Below, piece by piece: positions 28,727 to 39,300 of a stretch of 64,000 bases of DNA; within the stretch, counting starts at the first letter, position 1, and each line of letters opens with the position of its first letter. Source of the DNA: a virus (taxonomy: Duplodnaviria > Caudoviricetes); IMG/VR virus record IMGVR_UViG_3300028048_000001, positions 128,001 through 192,000 of that record; one strand, given 5' to 3'. The translations under genes and the position numbers were made by a program. The notes under the pieces are model-generated. The model ran no database searches. It was not told the origin of the DNA and saw nothing but the letters and a program-made list of their open reading frames with translations.

Positions 28727-30756
28727 TATAAAATAGCTCCTTTCTTAATATCTTCAATAATATTATTACTTATTGACTTGTCAAGAGCTATATCAAAAAT
28801 TATTGCAGAAGAAGCATTATAATTATTTTCTATAAAAGCTTGAGTCATTTTTGATTTGGTAAAATAAACAGCATCTTTAAGAGAAGTATCTATAGATGGT
28901 CCATTATTATAAGAATTAAAATTATAAAATTCTTTAATATCAGATTCTACATCATAAATATCTCCTAAATTAAGCCATCTCCAACAAAATTCTAAAATAT
29001 TAGATGTCATTAAATTATCTAAAAATTCACCACCACGAGAATATTTAACAGGATCATCATCATTACTAAACATATCTTGATGTTCATTACGAGAATAAGT
29101 TTTATTTATATCTGATTCGTCTTCAATAATTATTCTACCATATTGTGTATTTGGAGCCATGTTATTTTCAAGAACTATAGAAGGATAAAGTGAAGAATAA
29201 TCGAAATCAACACAATTTTCCATCAACATAGTTGGCTTATTATTAATATGATATGTAATATCAGGATTATTATGCAATGGATCTCCTACTTGAGCTCCCG
29301 TGAATTTTATATTAGGTTTTTCATTATATATATTTTTATTATTTCCTATAATATATCCATAATTATAAAAATCTTTAGCAAATCTATTTGCTAAATATAC
29401 ACTTTGTCTATGACATTTAGCATAGCTTGTATTATTAACTAAACATTTTGTAAATATATAATCACAATCTGCTGTTATTCTTTCTATACATTTTTGTACA
29501 ATTACGTCCATTATATTATAAAAACTAAATGTTTTAAAATCTATATATGGAAGCATATTAATATCTTTAGTTATATTAGAATAATCCAATTTTTTAACAT
29601 TTGCTACATCTTCTCCTATAGCATTAAGAGCAAAGGATGGATAAGCTCCTCTTCCTTTTCTTCTAGATGCAAATGTTATCATTTGATCATTCCAAACTGT
29701 ATGTGATGATATAGCTACAAAATCTCCTCTTTCTTCAAAATTATTTTTATTTCTTTCATCAACATAATATCTTAAAAATTTTGGAGAAATTCTTTTATCA
29801 CATATTACATCAAGTACATTTCCTTGAAGTTCATAAATTCTTGCCATTATATAAGTAAGGTCAAACGACATATTCCATATATTAATAAAATCTGGTTCTG
29901 TTTTATTGATAATATCAAACATCTTTTCTAACATTTCTAATTCATCTTTAAAAAAGACTATTTTATATTGCATATTATCAACACCATATTTTACAGCTTT
30001 TTTATATCCACCAACAGCATTAATTACAAAATCTTTTAATTCAGAAATTACATCTTTTTTAGAAAATAATCTTTTATATTCTTGTAATGCTGGATTTCTT
30101 GGATCATCAAATATAAATTGATATGTCGTATTATTTTCTTCATCACAATAAGCTATAGCATTTATTGGAACTTCTCCAGGTTCTGGAAAATCTCCCATAG
30201 CATAACGTCCATCTGTTTCTATATCAAGATAAGCTTTAGATAATTTAAATATATTATTAGGATAAGATAATCCGAATAAAAATCTATAATAATTTTCAAT
30301 ATTCATATCTGACATAAATATAGAAGGTATAGTATGTAATTTTTTATTCTCACTAAATATTTTATTATCTACATTATATTTATAATAATCCATCATATTA
30401 GTGACTTCTGCTATAGCTTGTAAAATATTAGAGTATTTACAAGTGTATGGTGTTACATATTCTTTAGGTATAAAGAATAATACATAATCTGTAGGTATGA
30501 TATCATCATTAAGCTTATAAAAAGTATATAATGGTTCATAAATTATATAAGTTTTCTTTTTCTCTTTTTTGTTATCTCTAAACAATATGAATATATAATC
30601 TTTTTCATATCTAGTATTTCCTTCTTCATCCTCTACTTTCTTTCTTGGTACATAAGATGTATTTAATACAGTTATATCGGACCCTTCTGGATATCCAGGA
30701 ATTAATAATTTATATTGTTCATTATTCAAAATAAAACTCTTTGGTTTTTTACTCAT
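28726..30756 (-). CDS. polB: family B DNA polymerase, N-terminal subunit of a split enzyme
   Basis: Exo I YLDIET, Exo II WNMSFD, Exo III YNIMD, motif A DFDYSSLYPS; motifs B and C absent. Confidence 0.85.
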   Translation of the reverse strand: MSKKPKSFILNNEQYKLLIPGYPEGSDITVLNTSYVPRKKVEDEEGNTRYEKDYIFILFRDNKKEKKKTYIIYEPLYTFYKLNDDIIPTDYVLFFIPKEYVTPYTCKYSNILQAIAEVTNMMDYYKYNVDNKIFSENKKLHTIPSIFMSDMNIENYYRFLFGLSYPNNIFKLSKAYLDIETDGRYAMGDFPEPGEVPINAIAYCDEENNTTYQFIFDDPRNPALQEYKRLFSKKDVISELKDFVINAVGGYKKAVKYGVDNMQYKIVFFKDELEMLEKMFDIINKTEPDFINIWNMSFDLTYIMARIYELQGNVLDVICDKRISPKFLRYYVDERNKNNFEERGDFVAISSHTVWNDQMITFASRRKGRGAYPSFALNAIGEDVANVKKLDYSNITKDINMLPYIDFKTFSFYNIMDVIVQKCIERITADCDYIFTKCLVNNTSYAKCHRQSVYLANRFAKDFYNYGYIIGNNKNIYNEKPNIKFTGAQVGDPLHNNPDITYHINNKPTMLMENCVDFDYSSLYPSIVLENNMAPNTQYGRIIIEDESDINKTYSRNEHQDMFSNDDDPVKYSRGGEFLDNLMTSNILEFCWRWLNLGDIYDVESDIKEFYNFNSYNNGPSIDTSLKDAVYFTKSKMTQAFIENNYNASSAIIFDIALDKSISNNIIEDIKKGAIL

Positions 30757-30896
30757 TTTATTCTCTCCTAATTAATTAAAAATTATAGTAAAGTCGAGAA
30801 ATATATAATTTTTAATTTACAATACTTCTAAATAATTAAAATAGAATATTGATATATTTATCAATATTATAATATGTTTCCAAAAAGGAGTTTACA

Positions 30897-31928
30897 ATGA
30901 ATTTTCCTAATCCACCTTCTAATGGTAATAATATTTATATGGGACAAGCTTATACTACAGATGGTAAACCAATACAAACAGAAACTATTCCTCCGTCTTC
31001 TAATAATAATAAATCTACTTTAGGAGTAAATTTTTCTGGACTTATTGGAACTAATGTTCGTACTCCAATTGCTCCAATATCTGGACCTATTAATACTGAA
31101 AAAACTTCTCTTAAGAAAAAGAAAAAGGGAACCAAAGTAGTTGATCCTACAGATAAAAAAGATGATATAGATCCTACTAATTCTAGACAAGTTGTAGAAA
31201 ATACTGTTTATGCTGATTCTTATGCTACAACTAATAGAATGTCATATAATATTATTGCACAAGCAGATGAATTGCTTAAAGATTGTAAGCAAGATCTAGA
31301 TTTTATTAGATCTCAAAGAAATCTTAAAGGTAAATATCATTATACTAATGCTACTTTAGCAAGTATGAGTAGTTTATTAAGTACTAAATTAGCAGCTGTA
31401 AAAGAAATTAATAATACAATTAAATCTGTTAATGATATGGAATATAGAAGATTTAAAGATATGAGAGCTATAGATCAGGGTGATGATAATAAAGCTATTA
31501 TGGATGCATATAATGCTTATATTTCTGCTCCGATTGGTGCTCCTGCTTATAATCAACCATCTACTATGGACATAACAGCTGGATTAAATGGTATTATTAG
31601 AGGAGGAGTAGATAATGCTACTCAAAATAGTTTAGACTCTGGAATGGCTAATTATTTAGCAAATTTATCTCCTGAAGAAAATTTAATGCTTAATGATAAT
31701 AATCCCAATATAGAAGAAGTATTAATATATGATGAAGCAACAGGAGCTAGATTTTTCCAATGGGTTGATAGAAAAACTAATCAGCCTATTCCTAATATGC
31801 CAATAAGTTCTGAATTAACTGCTGCAGATTACAGTGTCGATGTGAATAGAAGAATTGCAAAAAATAATAATTTAAATGATACAAAAAGAGTTATTATAAA
31901 AAATAGTTCTAATATGTCAAGATTTTAA
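30897..31928 (+). CDS. hypothetical protein with central coiled coil
   Basis: 343-aa ORF, aaggag RBS, divergent from polB. Confidence 0.75.
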   Translation: MNFPNPPSNGNNIYMGQAYTTDGKPIQTETIPPSSNNNKSTLGVNFSGLIGTNVRTPIAPISGPINTEKTSLKKKKKGTKVVDPTDKKDDIDPTNSRQVVENTVYADSYATTNRMSYNIIAQADELLKDCKQDLDFIRSQRNLKGKYHYTNATLASMSSLLSTKLAAVKEINNTIKSVNDMEYRRFKDMRAIDQGDDNKAIMDAYNAYISAPIGAPAYNQPSTMDITAGLNGIIRGGVDNATQNSLDSGMANYLANLSPEENLMLNDNNPNIEEVLIYDEATGARFFQWVDRKTNQPIPNMPISSELTAADYSVDVNRRIAKNNNLNDTKRVIIKNSSNMSRF

Positions 31929-31940
31929 ATAATAAAAAAA

Positions 31941-31965
31941 TAATAACGGGTTTTACCTGTTATTA
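31941..31965. terminator. bidirectional terminator
   Basis: taataacggg-tttta-cctgttatta with A and T flanks. Confidence 0.7.
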
Positions 31966-31982
31966 TTTTTTTATTTTAATCA

Positions 31983-32171
31983 TTATATATCACCCCCTTC
32001 TTTTTTGCTTTCAAGCTCTTTAACCCTTTTTCTCAGTCTGCTATTTTCAGACCAGAAAAGGATAAGGGCACCAATAGTTGAGACTTCTGTTAATCCTGTA
32101 GCTGTTGCAGCGATCGTTCCGATTGCAAGACCGATGGTAGCAACATCCTTAGCAATAGACTTCTTATCCAT
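31983..32171 (-). CDS. small membrane protein with coiled-coil tail
   Basis: aaggaggg RBS, hydrophobic core. Confidence 0.65.
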   Translation of the reverse strand: MDKKSIAKDVATIGLAIGTIAATATGLTEVSTIGALILFWSENSRLRKRVKELESKKEGGDI

Positions 32172-32293
32172 AGTAGTACCCTCCTTCAGGCAAACACAAA
32201 TAGGTTTTATTAAATTTTTAATTCCGTTTTCTTAACCCCGTATCTAGGGGAGGAAGTTTAACCTCATTCCTCATGAGGATGATGGTCTGAGAA

Positions 32294-32698
32294 TTACTTC
32301 ATAAAGATAGTAAATTTCTCAGTGCTCATCCGCTTCTCAGCGGGAGCAACCCTCTCATACCCCTTAGCAGGTGTCATACCGACCACCTTTTCAGGATATG
32401 CCTGAGCAGCGATGATAGATCCAACGATCCGAACCGGACCTTCAAAACTGCTTGCTTCCTGGAGGATCTGCTCAATAAGAGCTTCCCCTTCAGAGGTGCC
32501 AACAAACTCTGTGGTAACAAGACCAGCGCCCAGGTCACGTTCCACAGCCCTAGCATTGAGAATATAGTTCTCATTGCTGGGGATCTCCACGATGCTTCCA
32601 TCATGATCGATGAATCTGATCAGATGAGGAGTCGTGTTGACAATGAGAGTATTGATACCCTCAAAACCACTGGTTGCAACAAAATTGCTACTCATCAT
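32294..32698 (-). CDS. hypothetical early protein (N-x-T-P-H type)
   Basis: aggagg RBS; IVNTTPH and IVGSIIAAQAYP motifs. Confidence 0.75.
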   Translation of the reverse strand: MMSSNFVATSGFEGINTLIVNTTPHLIRFIDHDGSIVEIPSNENYILNARAVERDLGAGLVTTEFVGTSEGEALIEQILQEASSFEGPVRIVGSIIAAQAYPEKVVGMTPAKGYERVAPAEKRMSTEKFTIFMK

Positions 32699-32793
32699 AA
32701 TACACCTCCTGAGATTGAGAATGAAAGTTTCTGTATCTTGTCATATTTATTATATATAATTAAAAAATTTAAAAATAAAATAATAGCAGGAAA

Positions 32794-33579
32794 TTACTCT
32801 CCTGCTATTATTTTAAATGCATCTATACCTCTTAAAATAATGTCCTGATACTTTGACATTATTTTATCATGATTAGCAATAAAATCTTCAATTGTGACAT
32901 TTACAACACCTATATCACATTGATTTAAAAGTATAACTTGATCATGAACCCATTGTCCATATTTAGCAATAAATTCTTCTTCAAGCTCTTTCCCAGTTTT
33001 TTCGCTTCCCCATGGCTTATTATTACCTTTTGACCAAACGTTAAAGGGAAGCATGTGCGAATGAATGATTGTTATATAAGGAGCAGCTTCTTCTTTATAA
33101 AATCCGATATTCTTAAAGATAATAGCTGCCCCAAAAGCAGACAATTTTTCATGATCATAAAAGCAGAGATCACCTTTTCTATTTACTCCAGTGTCATACT
33201 TTTTTGCACAGTCATGGAGTAATCCAGTAAAGAGTAACCATTTGTCATTCGTTCTTTCCATCATACTACCCAATACCATCAGAATATGAGTGTGAATAGA
33301 TTCTGCATGATATTTAGAAGTCTGCTGGCCAATAAATCCAGCTTTTTCAGATGCTCCCTTCTGAAAAGGAGGAAAAATTACATTAGGACCGTAAAATTCT
33401 AATGTTAATTCATCCTCTGTGTGTTGATCTTTCATAAAGCTCTGTATAAATTCAGCAGGGCCTTTATCTTTGTATTTAATATCAAATATAGAAAATTTGC
33501 CATAATCCTCTTTGTCATACACTGCTTCCATAATATCTTCAACAGTGTTGCATTTGATTCCTAATAATTTTTTATTCAT
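32794..33579 (-). CDS. HD-domain phosphohydrolase
   Basis: YHAESIHTH, GLLHDCAK, FYDHE, HM and CD metal-ligand pattern. Confidence 0.75.
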   Translation of the reverse strand: MNKKLLGIKCNTVEDIMEAVYDKEDYGKFSIFDIKYKDKGPAEFIQSFMKDQHTEDELTLEFYGPNVIFPPFQKGASEKAGFIGQQTSKYHAESIHTHILMVLGSMMERTNDKWLLFTGLLHDCAKKYDTGVNRKGDLCFYDHEKLSAFGAAIIFKNIGFYKEEAAPYITIIHSHMLPFNVWSKGNNKPWGSEKTGKELEEEFIAKYGQWVHDQVILLNQCDIGVVNVTIEDFIANHDKIMSKYQDIILRGIDAFKIIAGE

Positions 33580-33764
33580 TTTATATTCTCCTTTATTGAT
33601 TATTCAATATGTATTTTTATATATTTTATAATCATTGCTAACAAAAAGCAATTCATAGCACATTCTGTTTCTCCATTATATATTAGAATAATAGCTGAAA
33701 TGAATAATATTATGTCAATGGGTATTTTTATTTTCATATATTATTCTCCTATATATTCTAAATA

Positions 33765-33914
33765 TTAAAAAAATCTATATAATATTTTTTTGATAATAAT
33801 AGCATAAAGTAAAGCCCATGCTGCATTATTCTGATACCCTATGGCAACCAATACAATTGAAGAGAGGGATAAAATTATCCCAGCAACAACTAATAAATTT
33901 TTTAATATTTTCAT
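33765..33914 (-). CDS. 49-aa membrane peptide missing from the ORF track
   Basis: aaggag RBS; MKILKNLLVVAGIILSLSSIVLVAIG... Confidence 0.55.
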   Translation of the reverse strand: MKILKNLLVVAGIILSLSSIVLVAIGYQNNAAWALLYAIIIKKILYRFF

Positions 33915-33929
33915 ATATATTCTCCTTTA

Positions 33930-34244
33930 TTAATTTTCAAGATAGACTCTAAAATTATCAAAATCTGTTTCTGGATACCACGATCCATCATCTGTATAAG
34001 AGTCAAGATATCCTCTTTCTATATATAATCTTCCAACCGGAGTCATAATTTTTAACATTCCACCATAAGAATACCCAGATGATTCATATACTATCACATT
34101 GTTAAAAGTATCAAATATTTTTAAATCTACATCAAATATAGATCCAGAATTGGTAGCCTTTAAAAGGATTCTTCTATCATCCCCTTCAATATCAAACCAG
34201 GTATCTTCATTAACCATTAAATTCTCATCATAAATAATATACAT
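33930..34244 (-). CDS. hypothetical early protein
   Basis: ggagg RBS; early-type promoter at 34295. Confidence 0.65.
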   Translation of the reverse strand: MYIIYDENLMVNEDTWFDIEGDDRRILLKATNSGSIFDVDLKIFDTFNNVIVYESSGYSYGGMLKIMTPVGRLYIERGYLDSYTDDGSWYPETDFDNFRVYLEN

Positions 34245-34353
34245 AATATCATATCCTCCATAAAATATAAACCAATATTTTTATATAATCTATTTCATTA
34301 TTATAATACCTTTTTATTTATTATTAAAAAATAAAAAGAGTAGAGATTTATCT

Positions 34354-37089
34354 CTACTCTTCAAACTTTATTCCTTTAGAAGAACAAATAATCTTACTAG
34401 TACTCTGAGTATCAAATTCTACATTATGTGAGCAAATTATACATTGTTCAGAATTCATTATGTCAAGTATACTATTAAGAACTTGAATAAATGTAATTCT
34501 GTTTCCTTGATCAAGACCACCATCTAACTCATCATATCTAGGAATATTGTATTTTAAACTAGATTTCATCATTGCAACTGCAGAAAATACAAGTCCTATC
34601 ATACATTTTTGAGCAGTAGATCCATTTGATATATCAGGAACCCTGATTCCACCAGGACCAATAAAAGGTATAGAAAATTGTTTTTCGTTTATTATTGGAA
34701 TATCTAATTGAATCATCCCTCCAAACATATATGAAAGCATTCTGTTGCAGTCAATAATGATATCACTCATATATCTCTTTATATATTCTGATTGTATCCC
34801 TGTACCACTTCCTGGAGAACAAGCGTTTCTAATTACAATCATTTTATCATATTTATCAGACAGAGATCTGTATTCCATTTGATAATTTATTATATTTGAT
34901 AAATTATACGTTATATTATTTATTGTATTTCTTAAAGGTTCTATATCTAATTCTATTGAATTAATTTTAGTTTTTAATATGTTTACAGAATCTACTTTCT
35001 CTTTTACTAAAGATATTTTATCTTTCACAGAATTGTATTCTTCTTTTAATTTAGATTTTTCATTATCTAAAGATATTATTTTATTATTCGTTTCTATAAG
35101 AGATTTTAAATTTTCTATAGTAATAGAAGTTTCTGATATTACTCTTTCTAAAAAATCACAATCTTTCGATAACGATTTAATTTCATTTTCTCTTTCTGTA
35201 TATTCTGCTTCTAATTTACTAATAGATTCGTTTAAAGAATCTTTCATTAACTTATTAGCTTTATATACTTTAAGATCAGATTCCATTTCTTTTAGTTGAA
35301 TAGATAATTTAGAAAAATTATCATATATAGACTTCTTTTCTATTAAATCATCAATAACGGAAAATTCTGGAAAAGTATTATGATTAATTATTCTTAAAGA
35401 CAATTTATCAAAATCTTTTAAAAAATGTATTTTAGAAATTTTATCTATTATAGACTTTGATGTAAAATTAAGTATAGGTTTTAATTTATTTATTATATCT
35501 AAATAAATATTATCTTCTTCTATTCTTTTATTAAGATCTTTAGATATATTTTTATTATTTTCTAATTCTATTTCTAGGTTAGAAATTTCTTCTTCTGATT
35601 TTATGTTATTTTTAATTTTTATATACTTTGTAATATATGGGCAAGTATCAATATTACATTTTTCTGGTCTTGTATAATTAAATTCCTTTAATTCATTATA
35701 ATCTTCTATATATTTTTCTAAATCTTTTTTAGTAGATATTATAAATAAAGTAATTTCTTGTAATCTTTTTCTTAATTCAATTATATCAGATTTAATATCA
35801 GATTCATTATTATAATAATTTAATGCGATTTTAATATTATCATCACTATATAATTCTTGTATTGTAGAAATCGTTGTCTTGAAATTTTCTAAATCACATT
35901 TTAAATCTTTTAATTCTGATAAAGAAACAGATTCTAATATATTAATTTCTGATTTTTTAATATAAGAAGAATATATCGATAATTCTTTTTTAATATCTTC
36001 TACAGCTTCTTCTATATTAATTTGAACTTCATTTCTTGATAGAGATAATAACTTATTTTTATTTTCTTCCAAAGAATTATATATAGATTGATTAATACTT
36101 AAAAGACTATTAATCTTAGATTTATTTAAATCATAATTTTTATTATATTCTGATAATTTTTCTTCTTCTTTTTTCAAGACATTATCGAAATCTTGATTTT
36201 GAAGATTTATATTTAATTTGCTATATATCTTATCTAAAATTGATTTATTTTTCTCCATTTCCAAATTAATAATCGTCAACCTATCAGAAATAGAGTTATA
36301 AAGATCCTGCATTTTATTATCCGGATCTATTAATTTAACAGTAGTTTCAGATTCTGATAATTCTTTTAATAATCTATCTCTTTCTATATTAAGATTTTTT
36401 AATTGAATTTCTAATTGAGATTTTTGTAATTTTAACTCATTTTCATTTCCTATTTCGTAAATCTTATTATTTAAAGTATTCATATAAGATTTAAGGTTAG
36501 ATACTTTTTTAGAAATATTTTTATAAATATTATTATAAGTATCTAATGATCCAATATAATTAGCCATATATTTTCTTCTTTCAGAAGGAATCATATCTAC
36601 AATTCCTCTAGATTCAGAAGAAACAAATGATAAATCTAAATATATAGGATCTATCCCCAATAAATCGTCTCTTATTTCTTTAAATGAAGTAATATTTCCA
36701 TTTGGATTTAATTCTTCATTATTCTTTTTAATAAACGCCTTAGTAGTTCTTCTTGTTCTAGATTCATCTACTAAAGATTGTATTAAAATTTTATATACAA
36801 TAGGATTATTAGATTCATCATAATCTAAATAATGAATTTCTTTTTCACCAGGATATTCTATAATTTGTCTATTTCCAAATTGATCAATAAAAACATCTGT
36901 TCTAAACGAATCAGAAGAATCTGGATTTGGTGTTAATGCTCTTATTATTGTAGATTTTCCTGTTCCATTTTCACCAGATACAAGTATAATTCTATTTTTA
37001 AAATCTAAAAATGGTAATACTAACTCATCTAATCCCATGCCATTTAAAATATTTATATAACCTTTAATTCTAAAATAAGTAATTTTCAT
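34354..37089 (-). CDS. sbcC: SbcC/Rad50-like ATPase
   Basis: Walker A GENGTGKST, long coiled coils, central CNIDTCP hook-like segment, Walker B/D-loop YDELDGGLD, CSH. Confidence 0.9.
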   Translation of the reverse strand: MKITYFRIKGYINILNGMGLDELVLPFLDFKNRIILVSGENGTGKSTIIRALTPNPDSSDSFRTDVFIDQFGNRQIIEYPGEKEIHYLDYDESNNPIVYKILIQSLVDESRTRRTTKAFIKKNNEELNPNGNITSFKEIRDDLLGIDPIYLDLSFVSSESRGIVDMIPSERRKYMANYIGSLDTYNNIYKNISKKVSNLKSYMNTLNNKIYEIGNENELKLQKSQLEIQLKNLNIERDRLLKELSESETTVKLIDPDNKMQDLYNSISDRLTIINLEMEKNKSILDKIYSKLNINLQNQDFDNVLKKEEEKLSEYNKNYDLNKSKINSLLSINQSIYNSLEENKNKLLSLSRNEVQINIEEAVEDIKKELSIYSSYIKKSEINILESVSLSELKDLKCDLENFKTTISTIQELYSDDNIKIALNYYNNESDIKSDIIELRKRLQEITLFIISTKKDLEKYIEDYNELKEFNYTRPEKCNIDTCPYITKYIKIKNNIKSEEEISNLEIELENNKNISKDLNKRIEEDNIYLDIINKLKPILNFTSKSIIDKISKIHFLKDFDKLSLRIINHNTFPEFSVIDDLIEKKSIYDNFSKLSIQLKEMESDLKVYKANKLMKDSLNESISKLEAEYTERENEIKSLSKDCDFLERVISETSITIENLKSLIETNNKIISLDNEKSKLKEEYNSVKDKISLVKEKVDSVNILKTKINSIELDIEPLRNTINNITYNLSNIINYQMEYRSLSDKYDKMIVIRNACSPGSGTGIQSEYIKRYMSDIIIDCNRMLSYMFGGMIQLDIPIINEKQFSIPFIGPGGIRVPDISNGSTAQKCMIGLVFSAVAMMKSSLKYNIPRYDELDGGLDQGNRITFIQVLNSILDIMNSEQCIICSHNVEFDTQSTSKIICSSKGIKFEE

Positions 37090-37147
37090 TTCTTACCTCT
37101 TATAATATCTGGTATATTTGATATTATATGAAAATAATTTAAAAATA

Positions 37148-37345
37148 TTATAACCAATCCTCATTATTAGCATCTACTTGTTTAATTTTAATTTCTACAT
37201 TATCCATATTAATATCTCTATGTGTATATTTAAAATGCTTAATAGCTGAAGATTTAGCTTTATCTTTACCATTAGCATCTTCTCTAATAATAATTATATT
37301 TTCTTTCGTATTTTTATCAATAAAAATCACATCATAAGTTCTCAT
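37148..37345 (-). CDS. hypothetical protein
   Basis: probable start MRTYDV after aaggag. Confidence 0.55.
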   Translation of the reverse strand: MRTYDVIFIDKNTKENIIIIREDANGKDKAKSSAIKHFKYTHRDINMDNVEIKIKQVDANNEDWL

Positions 37346-37446
37346 AAAATCTCCTTTATTTAAAAATAATAATATATAAAGTGGTTTATTAAAGTATAAA
37401 AAATTAAAAAACATGAGAGGAATAAGAACATTCCTCTCATGTGTTA

Positions 37447-38244
37447 TTACCAATCTTCTTCAGAATTATTATTTTGCTGAGTATTATCTTCATTAATTGT
37501 ATTATTAATAATATTTAAAATATCTTTTTCTGACAAATCTTGTTTTACAAAATTATTTAAATTTATAGATTCTGTAAAATTTATTGATTTTTTTAATTTA
37601 TAATTAATCTCATTAATATCACTATATAAAGTATCAAAAGCATCAATATACTCATTAATTACACTATATAATGATTTATTATTTTTAATATTTACGTTTA
37701 AATCGTATCCATAATAATCATAATCATTAGATGAAAATATAATAAATAATTCATGTCTAAAGAAAGCTAATTCTTTAAACATTAGTTCTATGCATTGATT
37801 TAAATCACTTATATTTCTTTTCATTTTAATATCATTAGGTTCTAATAACCATTCTCTAAATTTAATAATAAATTTATCCAATGAATTAAATATTTCATCT
37901 AAACTTAAAGAATATAAAATATCTGTCTCTTCAACAGGAATCGTAAAACACGAAGGAATACGATTTTTAAATTCTTCTTTTATATTTTCTTTTTTAGTTT
38001 CTGCATATTTATAAAAATGAAATGTTGATACTAATAAAGAATTTTTTGAAATTATTTTATTTTCTAATTGAATAATCATATCTGCAGTTGTTTTTAAAAA
38101 TATACTATAATCAAAAAATCTAACTGCCATATAATTAGACAAATCGTCTAATACAGTTATATAATTATTTAATTTTTCTCCGATTTGAGAATTTAAAATA
38201 CATTCTCTTATATTAAAATCATTATTCATAAATTCAATCACCAT
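37447..38244 (-). CDS. hypothetical protein
   Basis: 265-aa ORF in an operon. Confidence 0.7.
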   Translation of the reverse strand: MVIEFMNNDFNIRECILNSQIGEKLNNYITVLDDLSNYMAVRFFDYSIFLKTTADMIIQLENKIISKNSLLVSTFHFYKYAETKKENIKEEFKNRIPSCFTIPVEETDILYSLSLDEIFNSLDKFIIKFREWLLEPNDIKMKRNISDLNQCIELMFKELAFFRHELFIIFSSNDYDYYGYDLNVNIKNNKSLYSVINEYIDAFDTLYSDINEINYKLKKSINFTESINLNNFVKQDLSEKDILNIINNTINEDNTQQNNNSEEDW

Positions 38245-38250
38245 CTTTCA

Positions 38251-38964
38251 TTAAGATATAACTATCATATTTTTTATTGCTTCTTTATATTTTTTATCTT
38301 TTATATTATTAATAAATTCATTCCAAATCTTATAATGCTTATCGGATTCAACTTTTATTCTTTTATTAAGTTTATTTATAACTTCTTCATTATCAAATTT
38401 TTCTATATCTATACCATCATAATTTTCTTTATATACATAAGGATTTACATACCCATTCATATAATTATGAATTAATTTAAAATCTAAAATACTTTCTTCA
38501 TCTAAATCATGATTAATAATAATTTTATTTAAGAATGTAGAAACTATTTTAGTTGCAGATATTACAGCTTTTATTAAATAAATATCTAAAGGAATGATAT
38601 TACAAAATAAAGAGTACCATTTTATATCATCATTATTATTAAATTCTCTATTATTATTTTTTTCATTATTATATATTTCTTGTACTAAATAACAAAAATA
38701 TTTTCCTAAATATTTAATAGCTTTTTCATTCAAAATATCAATACAATTATTAAGTTCTACATTATTTACATTTGCAAAATATCCAGTATTTGTAATATCC
38801 TCATAATAAATAGCTGTACAACAATCTTTAAATTCTTCAAAACTTTTTGATGATTTATATTTGCAATAAAAATCTTTTGGTGCATTAGGAAATTTTTCTT
38901 CCTTTTCTTTTAAAAACTTATTTTTTGCATCTAATAAAATTTCTTTTTTATAAGAACTATACAT
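38251..38964 (-). CDS. hypothetical protein
   Basis: 237-aa ORF, RBS, early-type promoter at 38994. Confidence 0.7.
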   Translation of the reverse strand: MYSSYKKEILLDAKNKFLKEKEEKFPNAPKDFYCKYKSSKSFEEFKDCCTAIYYEDITNTGYFANVNNVELNNCIDILNEKAIKYLGKYFCYLVQEIYNNEKNNNREFNNNDDIKWYSLFCNIIPLDIYLIKAVISATKIVSTFLNKIIINHDLDEESILDFKLIHNYMNGYVNPYVYKENYDGIDIEKFDNEEVINKLNKRIKVESDKHYKIWNEFINNIKDKKYKEAIKNMIVIS

Positions 38965-39070
38965 TTATTTTATCCCCTTTCTATATTATATTGTCATAAT
39001 TATAATATCTTTTTATTTCATTAATTGGTACATTATAAAAAGAGTAGGGAATTTCTTCCCTACTCTTATA

Positions 39071-39297
39071 TATTAAAATCTTAAGATATTAAATTAATGT
39101 CATGGAATGCCATAACCAATTTTATAAAATTATATAGTATATTTTTAGCCGTCTTCAAAATAAACTCATATATATCTACAAACCTACGTTTCTGGTTAGA
39201 AATAATTCATAATAAGATACTCGCAGCTCTTTATATTATTGGAGCCTAATCTTATTACTAGCATTTTTAATTAACTTAATAATCTTAAGATCTAATA
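39071..39297 (-). ncRNA. candidate structured RNA
   Basis: ORF-free; ends pair over about 25 bp; internal stems; terminator at 39041-39066. Confidence 0.45.
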
Positions 39298-39300
39298 TCA

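Noticed and set aside
33600-33737. Second small membrane ORF starting MKIKIPIDIILF
   Set aside because: Stops after 19 codons; may be a decayed gene but cannot be supported.
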